64,000 nucleotides of DNA from an uncultured Clostridia bacterium. Its GTDB lineage: Bacteria > Bacillota > Clostridia > Christensenellales > UBA1242. The position numbers were made by a program, and so were the translations under genes. The DNA lies in the NCBI GenBank assembly GCA_944383685.1, contig CALWQM010000005.1, positions 15,171 through 79,170 of the forward strand. Direction: 5' to 3'. Every line of letters starts with the position of its first letter. Within the stretch, counting starts at the first letter, position 1. Positions 27,001 through 30,512 of this stretch are shown here, in pieces. The notes under the pieces were generated by a model. The model saw only the letters and a program-made list of their open reading frames with translations. It was not told the DNA's origin and made no database searches.

Positions 27001-29152
27001 AAGCGAAACACCAGAAGGACTTAAACAATACACAGTGACATTCACAATGCCAACAAGCAACATCAACATCAATATCAATGTTGCTGCAAACACTGACACT
27101 AAGTATACTGTAATTTATAAGTTTGAAAGTGTTAAGAACTTAAACACTTATGATGAAGCTCTTAATGAGACTCATGACTTTACAGGAACAACAGGTGAAG
27201 TTATAACAAAAGATATGATTGGACTTGGCGAAGAATTTGTTGCTCCAACAGGATTTATTCTCAGCCACACAAGCATTGATGACCTTGCTCTCACAATTGG
27301 TGGAGATGGAAAGACTGTTGTTGAAGTGTTCTTCCTTAGACTTAGACAAAATCTTAAAGTTGAACTTCATGATGATAATCAAGGTATTGACGGAGATGTT
27401 GTTGTTAAGGTTGAAGGTGTTGAAGTTCCAACAATGCAAACAAGAGAGTGGACCATTGCTTATGAACAAAAGGTTGAACTCACCTTTAACATGAAGAGTG
27501 GTTACACCTTTGATGGCTTTGTTGTGAGTGGAAATGTTAAGGATAAGACCGAAGATGTTTCTAACCGCAAACTCACCTTTACAACTGATGTTGAAGATGT
27601 CAATGTTTCAATCACTTTAACTGCAAGAAATTCTAAATACACAGTGAGATACTTCTTACAGAAAGTTGTTGATATTGACAATTACTATGATCAAGACCCT
27701 GCAAACTATGATGTTCTCAACTGGGCTGTTGAACAAACTGCTCCAACAAACACCCACTTGACAACTGAAAACATCACAACTCAATTTATCACAAATATTG
27801 AATCTCTCAGTGGATACAATAGTGTTAAGGATAAATTTATTGGTTACGATTTAACCGATGATGTGTTCACAACAGGTGGTGGTTGGATAAGTGCAACCGT
27901 TAACAGCACAGACGACATCACAGATTGGATTTATGTTGACGGCAACGGAACAACAGTAATCAATCTTTACATCAACAGGCTTATTGTTAATGTTGATATC
28001 AATGTTGACGATGACACACATATTGGAAATGTTGATGGTGAAAAAGATTATGTTTATGGTGATGTTGTTACCATGACAGCAAACACAAACCCAGGTTATA
28101 TCTTTGATTACTTAATGTTTAACGACACAAGACTTGACAAAGATTCACCTAACTTGAAGGTTGTTGACAATGATGACAACACTCAAACAATAACTTACAC
28201 ATTCACAATCACAGAAGACACAATTGCTGAAAATGGTGGAATTGATATTCAAGTTTACAGCACATTTGGAACTGCAAAATACACCATTGAACTTTATAAG
28301 CAAGTTCTTGATAACTCATTAAATATTGTGTTTGGTGAACCTGAAAAGATTGAACTTACAGGAACAACTGAAAGTGCAATCAACTATGAAGAATATACAA
28401 CCGCACCAGCAGGATACACTTATGAGGTTGAAAGAACTGATGCTGATGAAATAATCAAAGGTGACGGAACAAGCATTGTTAAACTTTACTTCATGCTTAA
28501 TGCGATAACATTCCATTTGACCTATGGTGAAGGTGTAACAAATGTTCAAGTTTACAGCACATTTGGAAGTGTTGCTCAAAGTGAAGTTGTTGACAATGTT
28601 TACACATACACTGTTTCTTATACTGACACAATTTACTTTGAAGTTGAGCTTGAAGTTGGTTACGACTTTGATGGTATTGGCTTGTTAGTTGACGGCGAAT
28701 ATGAAATTCAAGATAACTCTGCAAATCCTGAATACAGAATGGTTATTCCTGCGGAAGAATTTAATATTCAAGCAAAAGCTTCAAGAAGATTAGTTTATGT
28801 TTACTATTTCACAGACACATCATCATCTTCTTATGCAGATTTCAGTATGTATAAATATGGTGCCACTGCAACACTTAAACCAAACACATTCACAAAAGAT
28901 GGTGCAACCTTCATGGGTTGGGCAACAACAACTGACAAGGCAAACCAAGGTGTTGTTGACTACGAAGATGGTGCAACCTTCACAATTACTGGCAATGTTA
29001 ACTTGTATGCTGTTTGGGCAGAAAGTGGCGGAAGCAACTGGTGGATTTGGATTATAATTGCCTTTGCAATCATACTTGTAATAGTAATAATAATTATTAT
29101 TATAGTTGTGGTTAAGAAGAAAAAAGAAAAGGATAAGATCCGCGCGAAATAA
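2..29152 (+). CDS. Giant repetitive surface protein/adhesin (InlB B-repeat/Flg_new-like plus MucBP-like modules) with C-terminal TM anchor; 5'-partial
   Basis: The frame has no stop from position 2 (aat ggt act ... aaa ttg aag) to TAA 29150-29152, so the TTG at 68 is not the true start. Dozens of GY(T/E)FxGW ... LYAxW repeats. Ends in WWIWIIIAFAIILVIVIIIIIIVVV-KKKKEKDKIRAK, with no LPxTG. Confidence 0.93.
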   Translation, partial: NGTSTYISPSTQISGAFGNNIKLKAIWEIVPYTITYVLNGGTTAEETTVSYDFNTSLNILSSTQVTKTGYTLNSWTVTPTSPDTSIGNWAATVTQGAPLTKMYGNVTLTANWETNPYTITYNTDGGVDADGTSQGFDIEDTFTLHTNITKSGYELLGFTISNDQGNWEEKFPLSGNLNINIENDQHIDLTGMYGNVTLKAVWEAIAVSYDIVIQVRTASGEDQILTTLTGVTTGEVTGATLNIDTVKAYAEAQSGVNVAGFSYDTYTTNKEGNSLVLVGDGSLDINLFYNPVTYTINYVASEGAFGSGVTTSVSYNVYGLLNPAGGEISILTENDATRNGYRLQGFTISGAGATNGSWNKFLKNGIIEQGSSFSLDLDNRTYGNVTLTTSWQLLAYSMTFNANGGEDVASVYYNIEGTTSGSYRKVGNSYVEQTTVAVISGTTRTGYTLDGWTVAANSGNWSTSDAVYKANSSVAGKYGDVTLNAKWLNNVYKLNVNLNDADESNGSTKVTDDTMLGYETNGVYVKYGTKEFYAGRTGTTTATSPISNFAPTRGGYTFKGWALSTDTGTLITDNKGVLINNWNLSSDDDATLVAQWQANTYTVVFNGNGSTSGSVANQPFTFDVAQKLNKNNYVRNGYIFKGWALSREATVENYEDEQEVSNLTEEANGTVNLYAVWEARTVVVTFNLNDASAGNGSTTATLTSGATTMNVKYSLTFASLYVTDPNSPTGLPEAQRHGYTFDGWYIGDTKIENSHLVATYDDGLTLSLTLTAHWTAKKYNVVYHGNDGTVGENEYVNGVQATFDQNYLILPNSNEALGFIRTGYTFAGWGFARGGDIEYATGELGSDGLSVRFNFSASQLSNDTLTLYAHWSENTYTIKFDGNDGEYFGTATLIPGKSDTLSGIRFTQEVTFEQIFNRAGFTFLGWAEEPTGEVKYKVGATASGILTEPGTKTFYAIWKANPVKYTINYYYQKVSSASLGQSDNYASDYALFGQAETYQGDTGTNVNYTTYRDNFISTNGILKPAFKGYTTNGQDNSLAILGDGTLQVNLYFTRGTYDVSVTLGTGIQSVTVTNADRGPITGSQQGMKFTYAIFYQEVISITAQTKAGYGNPVFKEGDSNVTTSSLTIEGNRDFTVSATAGIATFKVEIYYETLTDDVYNSSADETKSNSGTTDSPLVVNATGKNISINGQQYTKAGFSYDNTKTVAENGNKELNTITVLGDNSLVVKLYFSRDSYTLTLNNGTGISSVSGGGSYKFEQDVSISAVVAVGYEWNTWEQTSGTALTGFAAGTKDQANLKMGAGNATLTATATILQFRLTIDLAGGTYTGSVTGTDEQNRPYVKQDYNTTYVLVNPTKTGYVFTGWSDPTAGSLAEDGYTYTFAATDATITATWRPITYQVKFDGNNATSGQMDNQSFTYNDPQPLTLNKFTRTGYTFKGWSTTSTGTVNFADGATPGNLTAKDNDVVTLYAVWEENTYTINFNGNDGEYFGKASLIDGESASVTLKYTQSYSLKSVYERTGYTFSHWTTEADGTGTRYNENQSINSLLETGSMTLYAQWTANRYAINLNENEGSLVGSDIENLTVYAEFNTQKLYTSKTGSVEAKPVAEREGYEFGGWSTTQNQASSRLIDASGVLTAIYHTASDQTVYALWTANTYEITLNLNVPESETTAQIVDNSDPANTITDGKVYITFDSTTIMNAETSGVAVKPIATRTGYTFLGWATSAGVTTAAGCVIDNQGNLKSASKFSSDTELFAIWTVLSYNLTINTDSAQISDLTVTGNDTENISGNTYRVAYESKVRITFNNIAGYSFVRFNKSVESVVINNVSGGYELTMPSQDLTLTMISSANLIKVNMNANDEVGATKADALTNNEVYIRYNTKEIYANRSAENLYMPVGEAIKPVASRDGYTFKGWATSKTATEADVLIDSEGQLKANFTSSTVDGAVTLYAVWTANTNTRFVVEYYFQNIAGNGYDKQDSLTLDDLTGQTDVNINIETYKSYYTTEINGFTFARYTTLNSANGTEVENGSLNIDGDGSRVVRIYFTRNTYTLTINKDNGESNLTVTQRHGSTYSLPTVTKTGYNFNSWTKTSGEGTVSENTFTFGIGNAVVKALWDAKIITVTLDKGEGDSVTTETVYVKYDSNIIYKDAGCETPIVTPPTASKLAYDFNGFYYDGSLVISSVGALTSPWTLSEGPTITLTAEFKPHTYTITYEGNYGNPSVSDTEYTYVSEIVFATATRDGYTFGGWKVKNEGDIGNWVVDQVYQGTIDAPSNLYGDITLVAEWTATPYTATFNTNGGSTVDPIPYDIKSTLTMPTVSKAGYKFTGWTVDETVGNWNKDATYQIGEQINNKFGNVSFTANWAESTDTEYQVHIYYQNLDKGYTTFETSQRYGTTGQTITIDYVTNPNAVTITDSNKSQTYSRDGFHVDTTQSNTQSATVGANGDTVINVYFARNEYTLTVNAGNGISSVTPNGAKSVIFGQEVAIDATVQDGYNFVNWTVTSGTTPTTKDEEEFIATAKSQTIVIGLGNVTLLANASTQSYTITYVNGEEQTPASYDVTDPINLMQVTKTGYTFGGWAVSNNEGNWTEEVITSTTIPAGKWGNVTLTAKWNVNTVEVTLKANDSVGSTRIDSLPNGGKVYITYDSKNIYSTRGGDAYPYTVNPDNLIENLKVTRNGYEFLGWALTPDATADDCIIGSDGLLKEVWTTNGQDGSVLYAIWKANTIKVTLNIDAETTLTDTEVYVVFDKNVIYADNTLSTTYAPVATKPGYTFDGFYQDETQVINASGKLVSNWTYSYTDTSLDAKFTATSYTITYEGANGTPSVNSQPYTTDSSVTLATATRTGYTFAGWIVKENVVVDGVTTWTKDEQISSPVDTSERYGDVTLVATWTANTYTIKYDANDDALIGTATGTTHDTPATYDQNVTLQMNGYTLTGYKFKEWNTQADGNGTSYTQGQALTKPNFCTGASGNTEFTLYAIWEIQSYELTLEKATGIASVSAKEVAGQVTKVEGSENKYTVVYGTAVTLNYTLESGYNFDKWTVTTGTATISDNVLTMPANNITVTAYARAIGYYINYNGNGGRINGDTSYSVAVDYAQTVNIYGAGEEANTISRTGYTFAGWNTQENGSGTPYTAGQSYTHEIVGDLTLFAQWTALKYDVIYNADNGLDDSYTQVDGATYDANYTFLANTDTNLQFKKTGYTFQGWSTTQGAPEVEYNAGDSIVYTTDEDLTLYAVWKANNYSIEYNANDTSGYYYGSAAGSTPYTSATYGQDVEIRACGYTLSGYTFKGWNTQADGNGTSYTPGQEGVRNLKTEEGEVLTLYAIWNANPYTITVKDTDTGSANENKIIDVHYADILTAENFIDNASTYTKTGYTLSGFFVEGTEVMFAAADGTLVENVKTTTDIIKNRQYVYANNLVVEAKYNANPYTVNFNVNDRPDDPNDHPTVETPSKTVHQDGTFDEGNLWPTPVNEGYIFYGWSTRNDYYMYLEEAFRTNYSKFADALNDTYLFTTTIESENEETQEKENVKVVFMKTNAPSVDEATSIDEILWKVTDIKGASGEDDHDFILGDEVVDGTTWTDNTLNLYAMWVGKNDIKYTILYLKEELVYNQDATEFTDIDQYPDEENMLAVGDSVNYQDPHATEENKDVPKLTYKVEKIDKPANAMTGDNVYNYIASQNYRGFKYYAYEYYQETITGEGNTVIYVFYTRIAYDLNLSTSKGIASVGATITGSETGAVTEVTPGKAYKVKYGATVTLSYVKSAGYTFSTWTQNKSDVEKVSVSGNSFVMNAVNPVNLTAYATPNVDTQFIVEHHFEQLDGTHKQNTGLKPNDVEKGTTDTSITVTGFVDNSITGFTYESRYETGKYVDGRWTKDEDSSLNIDGDGSKVVRLFYSRNDYAFTFNSNQANGYSDLSVTVGSVDQGDTLANITVPYEQQVTISVTVKNGYTFEGFISSNPELIANVDKGNEGIVKSGSTYSYTFTMPADNFTFTANISRNTNTAFTIKYMFEKLDIQDLTGHNKYEELGAHPSTTGHGTTEDVITLAHLGTLPTETGFTYVNFGYLEADGSFSPVYISGEGDSTVYVYFNRKTYTGTVNYLYGAGSIHENDQIKASTVIEGMRFGERQPVSVDPITGYTASDNSVTVAITEDKDFTYNVTFTPNTYDITWDFAGGQGSAGAGNYTIETAITLPTLTKAGYVFGGYTVGLVGDGEHSFVGNETFKDTIAAGNYGDIKLTAIWGEIENNVKFKLTNLTYTGEDAVLSGNEYTATLSANKGYSLPETIKVTIGGTEQTVTYDKESGKITIPGNLVVGDIVITADGVANRYKVTLNINDANFLNGSTNAVTTVENASINNGIIELWAVYNGDYNTLYTTKDGSVSIDLDAFTSETLTRTGYDFTGEWLTARYTADNKASDAVQVTGDTKFALDEDTTVLYAYWTTKIITLTLTENEGETATHDKVYVRYDGNGIYSDEDATNLCNPTATKTGYTFNGFYNADTLIITSTGTLNAAPWRNGDADMTLTADFDATPYTITFVADGGADVEAMPYTIESLERLPSTTKNGYDFLGWKPTQNVGPISDGYAWLASETYAAGTALTGKYGDVTLVAQWNPVEYTITYNAGQVDEQNVGSFTEDYLDKTTQKYTIESTETVYPASAVELQGYRFTGWKVTSESQGSWTKDAIITADYALLNKTGNVTLTAQWEAQPNTVTINVTNATADYEQTVLSGEEYTATITVNAGYTLPTAITVKVNGTEITLTEDYTYEQATGTITIKEGVINGNVEITGASVANKYDVTITGQNGHAQVSATNENDYDYTVKYNATTGVNFTVYAKADAGYSDVEFTVTAGSATIGEVTFKDGVYSAEVSGFTASFTITATTTANTNNVIYTLNNVQRDSGADKVASGEEYKGKISAVNGYSIPSAITIKNGTETLEANTHYTYSAETGEFTINAGVITSTVEIIATGVANNYQVTFNLNDFASTQNGSTSVESVVVGEQNIAISNGRISLWVKYGTDYNTLYIDEQGSASVTFDAFASASVITRKGYVFGGFYTEQLAVGASIEGKTEVNGDDTFTTPNNTTEVFAYWTAGTAEYKVEHYKMNLQGNYDSVTPTTETLSATTDTMVTPAVKSTALSTDEFYGFTAPETQTVKVEANGSTVIKYYYTRNVYTLSLTLGNGVKSVSATISNPVATGGDELGENQYHVYFGDSVTIDAVAEEGYTFKGVWTKTESGSPDITVGQDTTEGTFTLNVAQNVGYQAEATANEYEVTFDVNGGNALEEGQDKKTVTYNQKYGALPTPTRDGFAFGGWYVEDLDDNAPVEGKTLITSETIVSITGPQTLYAYWTVNNYDLTVIYKYADQEKPAAETLVVSMAYGAEITEATLQIQKIEGYSHDYVVGGGISLPTTMPVGGLTVTVTYTPNEHKIILVPNYPDSASASEPENVEIPTVYNQNIAITTIKTLGWTVAGYTFQGWKAADGQTYADGYTFAPWNIDADLTLEAQWQANTDTTFTVNIHMMGTDGEYDVVETPMTGTTDSKIVFTSNETTLTINGTSYTYPGMKFNSEKSTVITTEIYISGNGDTEFDVYFDRMQFTLTLNKGTGIGSVSMTPDPVEGKYYYGQEVTINAVVSEGYTWSTWNVADGIAPTTKDQTGFVGTTQNQTIIIGLGDVTLQAEATINSYKLFIDPNGGNYAGIDDVDETSGLQYVEMPYMSTYTLNRPSKDGFDFAGWALKEGSKGNVEYDAETGWVYTFGAGDGTVIAQWSANRYEVVINLNDFYNDNGTTTAETTLTTLPNGTELSIVDGKITLYATYGQKYDKLYISTSSDEYVSIADFTIDTLTRDGYTFVNFTDSQGNPVTADTTCDETSSVEIKANWQAKVYDLTVNVNKAGKVSVAVTGAAEEEGVYKVTFDTEITLTATPSEGYHFVNYTATSELSQNATYKFRYTNVGPMTITANVANNTYTITYNNNGGSGTIDPTDATYDENVTLSSGKGFVKAGYTLTGWAYEEETYEPSEEGIFNFTSVNGGSVELRAIWTANTYNVNFVTNGGTDMNPMNGVTYDVPTMITESTTKAGYNFLGYALTNGTSAEVTTVTDEDIQGASCADLTEYLVQLGEGGIYLYDENYYVFNLAETNGATVPVYAIWTPGKADYKVEYYLEGLTDNDWILDTVFEEEGITFTPNSTTINGNTESLVTIDETKTYTGFTLDKSVAGTKTSGEVAGDGSLTLRLYYRRNTYSVNIIIPDLSDAERGETGITGVNSVDTTGTYKVENRFKFNTEVTVSADIKAGYTFNNYTVTDGEVYTTGASYTFTIKNDTEITINLTRGTFNYTINYKFQNLEGTAYVDDENYESTTLSGLVDSKVLYSDIAGKIVEVPGFLYAGFTENVTVTSDGLAEVNINYDRDFFEITLQTTTGVASLTATGDYCTPNGTTEGTTTYRVKFDSSVTLNYVLNAGYAFKSWSETLVQVGTDADDNDLTGFGTLTMPADDLNIVVNTTPVIVDFTLNYLGEAFKDYDPESGNFDVFTVSLGTETKQGYTDTEIDDIRDYNPKDFDGFTRATFESGKKISGDGTTVINVYYTRNDINITVDLTEGVESITLNVNETDYTLTKEFTADESISIKYEAKVYVSYTLTDDAGYKFVSFNGVQVNADESENYFTVPKDAFTLSITTEPNEFTITFQGNNGTYTPSEPEQDNTYYTQTGVKFNREVTLIANEFTRAGYEFLGWATSQENADSRTVEYTDGESFMFDNAENMTLYAVWGNNTYTITYNGNGGYIEQEEGDPIVTYPHGEEVNYDEEITLLENRFDRTGFTFVGWSRSDKTLDTTGLTNSDGTWTAINLTTKANENVVLYAWWEENTYTLKYNSNYSQYSDNEDVEIEDKVYTYTEKFNALAHSDEKLNFALTGYTFAGWNRKPDGTGDSVNAGEELESLTAKDNDTVVLYAIWEANEYTIVFDGNGATSGNMDSVTATYDTPYAIAANGFNKTAYDFNGWSLSNDNVSVVKNVDSLDEITTSGIYYLTTTGTYYVYNLATGETDDTSKTIYVAWLAHTYTITYMANGGTFDEILTAESTYEKTFTIEDTVTFVSGDELTLEGYTLVGYSLSNINGNWTDKFSGDITLSATPSVTGVYGNVTLTAIWRINSYNLTITYKYGANGNDKDETEAYDEFTSQVEFNASYNQPSPSINGYTADQLTVSGTMPAHDVEVEVLYTANVYTLTFNYMDTTGTGDVDKFEYDKVKVKYDAKYETAYVEGQEGKPVGLGAPTREGYTFAGWYTDSKYSAGTLITDDDVVSILRDTEIFARWTPNADTAYTVEYYFESLDSAENFEIDASYTKTGTGTTDTAITETMVKTLTSGQWPTKTGFTYSRNSLNNTTINADGSTVVKVYYSRDYNTLTLNSTDGIDSFVASANKVAEGQQDTFYITGSGNTYRVRYGSEIKLTYTISDKGYRFVNYTATGIDAEQDIDDNGVFTMVDSNIQITANAEAKEFTIIFHKNDGAKPEETTTQTATYRETVKLNNNTFERAGYGFAGWARSPESTEVAYANGADFTLSSNYATEYNLYAIWTADAISFTIDAGTGIIKENIVLKVNGEVKDVNTATLRYEDNVEIDVSGAIKNGYDFESIVNGATTIREMTYSFVLTETTVLKVNATPRNDSQFKVVFAQRNIEDTAYVETESQIVSGATTDKVVTRVYLDEFISNIDTKFAGFFYTSFSNSLTEGEQVFTIIYNKEITEEDEEGSYTTVYILYNRYHYGMSLNATTGYSTFTADGTVDGTVNYYDADGEYRVDFGAEVRIYLDLNPGYSLEGFSIKAIEATGSKDGTEETVLGEEHDLTFNEDENAYYLDDTKLFTFIYNDAGYYVLSVMPYYDLEITANITANEYEVRYYRYWNTADVTYDPDTVTFNTPYSIKNINKFPDFNKSGWDFAGWATSKVDADQKTVTYRAEDFVDENDLSIGNYTFDHDLELYAVWTQGNSSYKIEYYLEELNGDYNIDSERTKNLSGLTDSTVTTTDYEVSITGYVINRELSTTSGTVTADGQLTLKLYYERINYKLTINGNNRFTSLGLVASKNVTNENFDEETCVYTADVTYGATVTLTYETVPGYTFASWNVTSGSADIEGNTLTMPADNVVVSVVEKPETYTLTFEANGGHVEGEEETTSYEQQFEYMSSANLTANKFVKDGYTFKNWTINGKTYQDNELFTYNFTENVTATAEWTPNTNTAYKIIVHIQNLNGEGYTSSTAADMTGTTGATITQDNAKTALINKLTELGITITRGEEGFNFVRFEEDDLTINGNGTTVVNAYFDRKILTNEFRIDSEGVEKIVVNYFSIEDKQEHTFEYTTGAENKTIKVAFGQEFTIQPIFEAGYEFDLIARYFGEDVDFTWNHEDLGAGQDTNTLTTSSGINDNAIYAVTAKRLSYTITYHENFLETGTGTDTQTVTYLDAFSLRTPFSHAGYNFLGWAEEEDGAKVYEPTQSFNNYTWTDNIDLYGVWEAITYTIKYNPYQASEGEMMEDTAVTYDVITALSNNVFTYLGHNFVGWSLSAGGENVVQTVATKAEIVNPGYYYCEEDSTYYVYNVTVTDKDVITLSPVWEANTYKVILHSNTEADLTSDIGDFEYGVEGKIPAFNTLSWTNEGYDFNGWYYMNGDDKVLLGEGVGADKEVTFMNLTLNDNATVDLYVNWVKGLTTYKAIILKQMLNEEYDSTDPENYILFSSSLNAITGDFVTAKYVYDTYIVESEYAEITGFTYDAERNAEESFEIKGDGSTTVYIYYTRNTYTLNITLGTGIESAEAIIADTNYSFAGQDGNVMKYNIYYQGQVSMTATAKQGYQDVPPTFVSNTSDVEIEEGNLITMPAKDVFVTVSAEPDKDTVYGIEVYLADATGGYEDTTTLKTTGTGTTDEAIDLSTAQGIANSTFTDELVGYTYTRYEFANSVSTIAGDGSSIIKLYYQRVPYRVTFSSSLTNGAQIPEQQSVIHGTEVEVVFVINQGYNLPTENRFKVTSGESDYSLELQVEESETPEGLKQYTVTFTMPTSNINININVAANTDTKYTVIYKFESVKNLNTYDEALNETHDFTGTTGEVITKDMIGLGEEFVAPTGFILSHTSIDDLALTIGGDGKTVVEVFFLRLRQNLKVELHDDNQGIDGDVVVKVEGVEVPTMQTREWTIAYEQKVELTFNMKSGYTFDGFVVSGNVKDKTEDVSNRKLTFTTDVEDVNVSITLTARNSKYTVRYFLQKVVDIDNYYDQDPANYDVLNWAVEQTAPTNTHLTTENITTQFITNIESLSGYNSVKDKFIGYDLTDDVFTTGGGWISATVNSTDDITDWIYVDGNGTTVINLYINRLIVNVDINVDDDTHIGNVDGEKDYVYGDVVTMTANTNPGYIFDYLMFNDTRLDKDSPNLKVVDNDDNTQTITYTFTITEDTIAENGGIDIQVYSTFGTAKYTIELYKQVLDNSLNIVFGEPEKIELTGTTESAINYEEYTTAPAGYTYEVERTDADEIIKGDGTSIVKLYFMLNAITFHLTYGEGVTNVQVYSTFGSVAQSEVVDNVYTYTVSYTDTIYFEVELEVGYDFDGIGLLVDGEYEIQDNSANPEYRMVIPAEEFNIQAKASRRLVYVYYFTDTSSSSYADFSMYKYGATATLKPNTFTKDGATFMGWATTTDKANQGVVDYEDGATFTITGNVNLYAVWAESGGSNWWIWIIIAFAIILVIVIIIIIIVVVKKKKEKDKIRAK

Positions 29153-29153
29153 T

Positions 29154-29190
29154 AACAAAAAGACTTAGCAAATGCTAAGTCTTTTTTGTT
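29154..29190 (+). terminator. Rho-independent terminator of the giant gene
   Basis: aaaaagacttagca-aa-tgctaagtcttttt hairpin plus T tract directly after the stop codon. Confidence 0.9.
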
Positions 29191-29287
29191 TGTTTAAGGG
29201 ATAAAATAGAAAAAAATTAATTTTAAAAATTTGAATTTTATTTGGTAATTTTTGTTATTTGTTATAAAATAATTAAAGGAGGATTTT

Positions 29288-30454
29288 ATGAAAATTAATG
29301 TTGTTCAATATGGTTGTGGCAAAATGAGCAAATACACAATGCGTTATGCCATGGAAAAAGGTTGCAAAATTGTTGCTGCTTTTGATTGTGATGAAAATAA
29401 GATTGGAAAAGATATTGGAGATATAATTGAAGACGGCAAGACTTATAAAGTTAAAGTGCAAGATTCCAAAAATTTTGAGAAGTATATCTCATCTCACACC
29501 GTGGACATTGTGATTGTGACAACCATGTCATATATCAAAGATATGTATGAACCACTTTTAATTTGTGCAAAGTGTGGAGTAAATGCAATAACAACTGCCG
29601 AAGAAGCATTTTTCCCACAAAACAGCAGTCCAAAAACATACAAGATGATTGATGATTTGGCTGTGGAAAACAACTGCACAATTTGTGGAAGTGGTTACCA
29701 AGATGTTTTTTGGGGAAATTTAATCAGTGTGCTTGCTGGGGCAACTCAAAAAATAACAAAAATTAAGGGTTCAAGTTCTTATAATGTTGAAGATTATGGC
29801 ATTGCACTTGCAAAGGCACATGGGGCAGGGCTTTCACTTGAAGATTTTGAAAAAGAAGTTGCTTCTGCTGATAATATTTCTAATGTTGAACGCAAAAAAC
29901 TTATTCAAAAGGGTGAGTTTGTTCCAAGTTATATGTGGAATGTTAATGGTTGGCTTTGCAGCAAACTTGGGCTTACTGTGGTTAATCAAACTCAAAAATG
30001 CATTCCGCATGTTGCAAAAGAGGACTTATACAGTTCAACTTTAAATATGACAATTCCAAAAGGTTATGCAACTGGCATGAGTGCAATTGTAACCACTGAA
30101 ACAAAAGAAGGGATTGTTATCGAAAGTGAATGCATTGGCAAGGTGTATGATAAAACTGAGTGCGATAAAAACGATTGGACAATCATGGGTGAACCAAACA
30201 CCAGAGTTGTGATTGAAAGACCAAGCACTGTGGAACTTACTTGCGCAACAGTTGTCAACAGGATTCCAGAAGTTATCATGGCACCAGCTGGATATTTCAC
30301 AACAGATTTAATGCCAGAAAATTTTTATAAGTTTGGCAAACTTGACGATTATCTTTTTGAAGTTGAAGAAGATGAATGTTGCTGTCACGATGACTGTCAT
30401 TGTCACGAACATGAAGAATGTGACTGCGGAGATAAAAAACATTCAAAAAAATAA
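29288..30454 (+). CDS. 2,4-diaminopentanoate dehydrogenase-like (Ord / DapB_N Rossmann) amine dehydrogenase with Cys/His-rich tail
   Basis: VVQYGCGKM Rossmann start, GVNAITTAEE, GSGYQD and TCATVVNRIP motifs; RBS aaggagg. Confidence 0.75.
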   Translation: MKINVVQYGCGKMSKYTMRYAMEKGCKIVAAFDCDENKIGKDIGDIIEDGKTYKVKVQDSKNFEKYISSHTVDIVIVTTMSYIKDMYEPLLICAKCGVNAITTAEEAFFPQNSSPKTYKMIDDLAVENNCTICGSGYQDVFWGNLISVLAGATQKITKIKGSSSYNVEDYGIALAKAHGAGLSLEDFEKEVASADNISNVERKKLIQKGEFVPSYMWNVNGWLCSKLGLTVVNQTQKCIPHVAKEDLYSSTLNMTIPKGYATGMSAIVTTETKEGIVIESECIGKVYDKTECDKNDWTIMGEPNTRVVIERPSTVELTCATVVNRIPEVIMAPAGYFTTDLMPENFYKFGKLDDYLFEVEEDECCCHDDCHCHEHEECDCGDKKHSKK

Positions 30455-30459
30455 AAATT

Positions 30460-30486
30460 AAAAGTAAGATTTAATCTTACTTTTTT
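30460..30486 (+). terminator. Intrinsic terminator
   Basis: aaaagtaagat-tta-atcttactttt hairpin plus T run. Confidence 0.75.
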
Positions 30487-30512
30487 GTAAATAAAAAATT
30501 TAAAGGAGAGAT

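Noticed and set aside
29078-29106. ATA/ATT trinucleotide microsatellite as a phase-variation tract
   Set aside because: It encodes the poly-Ile TM anchor with mixed codons, and slippage would stay in frame
1200-29158. Dozens of 60-144 aa ORFs overlapping the giant gene on both strands
   Set aside because: Shadow frames arising from the biased codon usage of the main ORF; no RBS or family motifs
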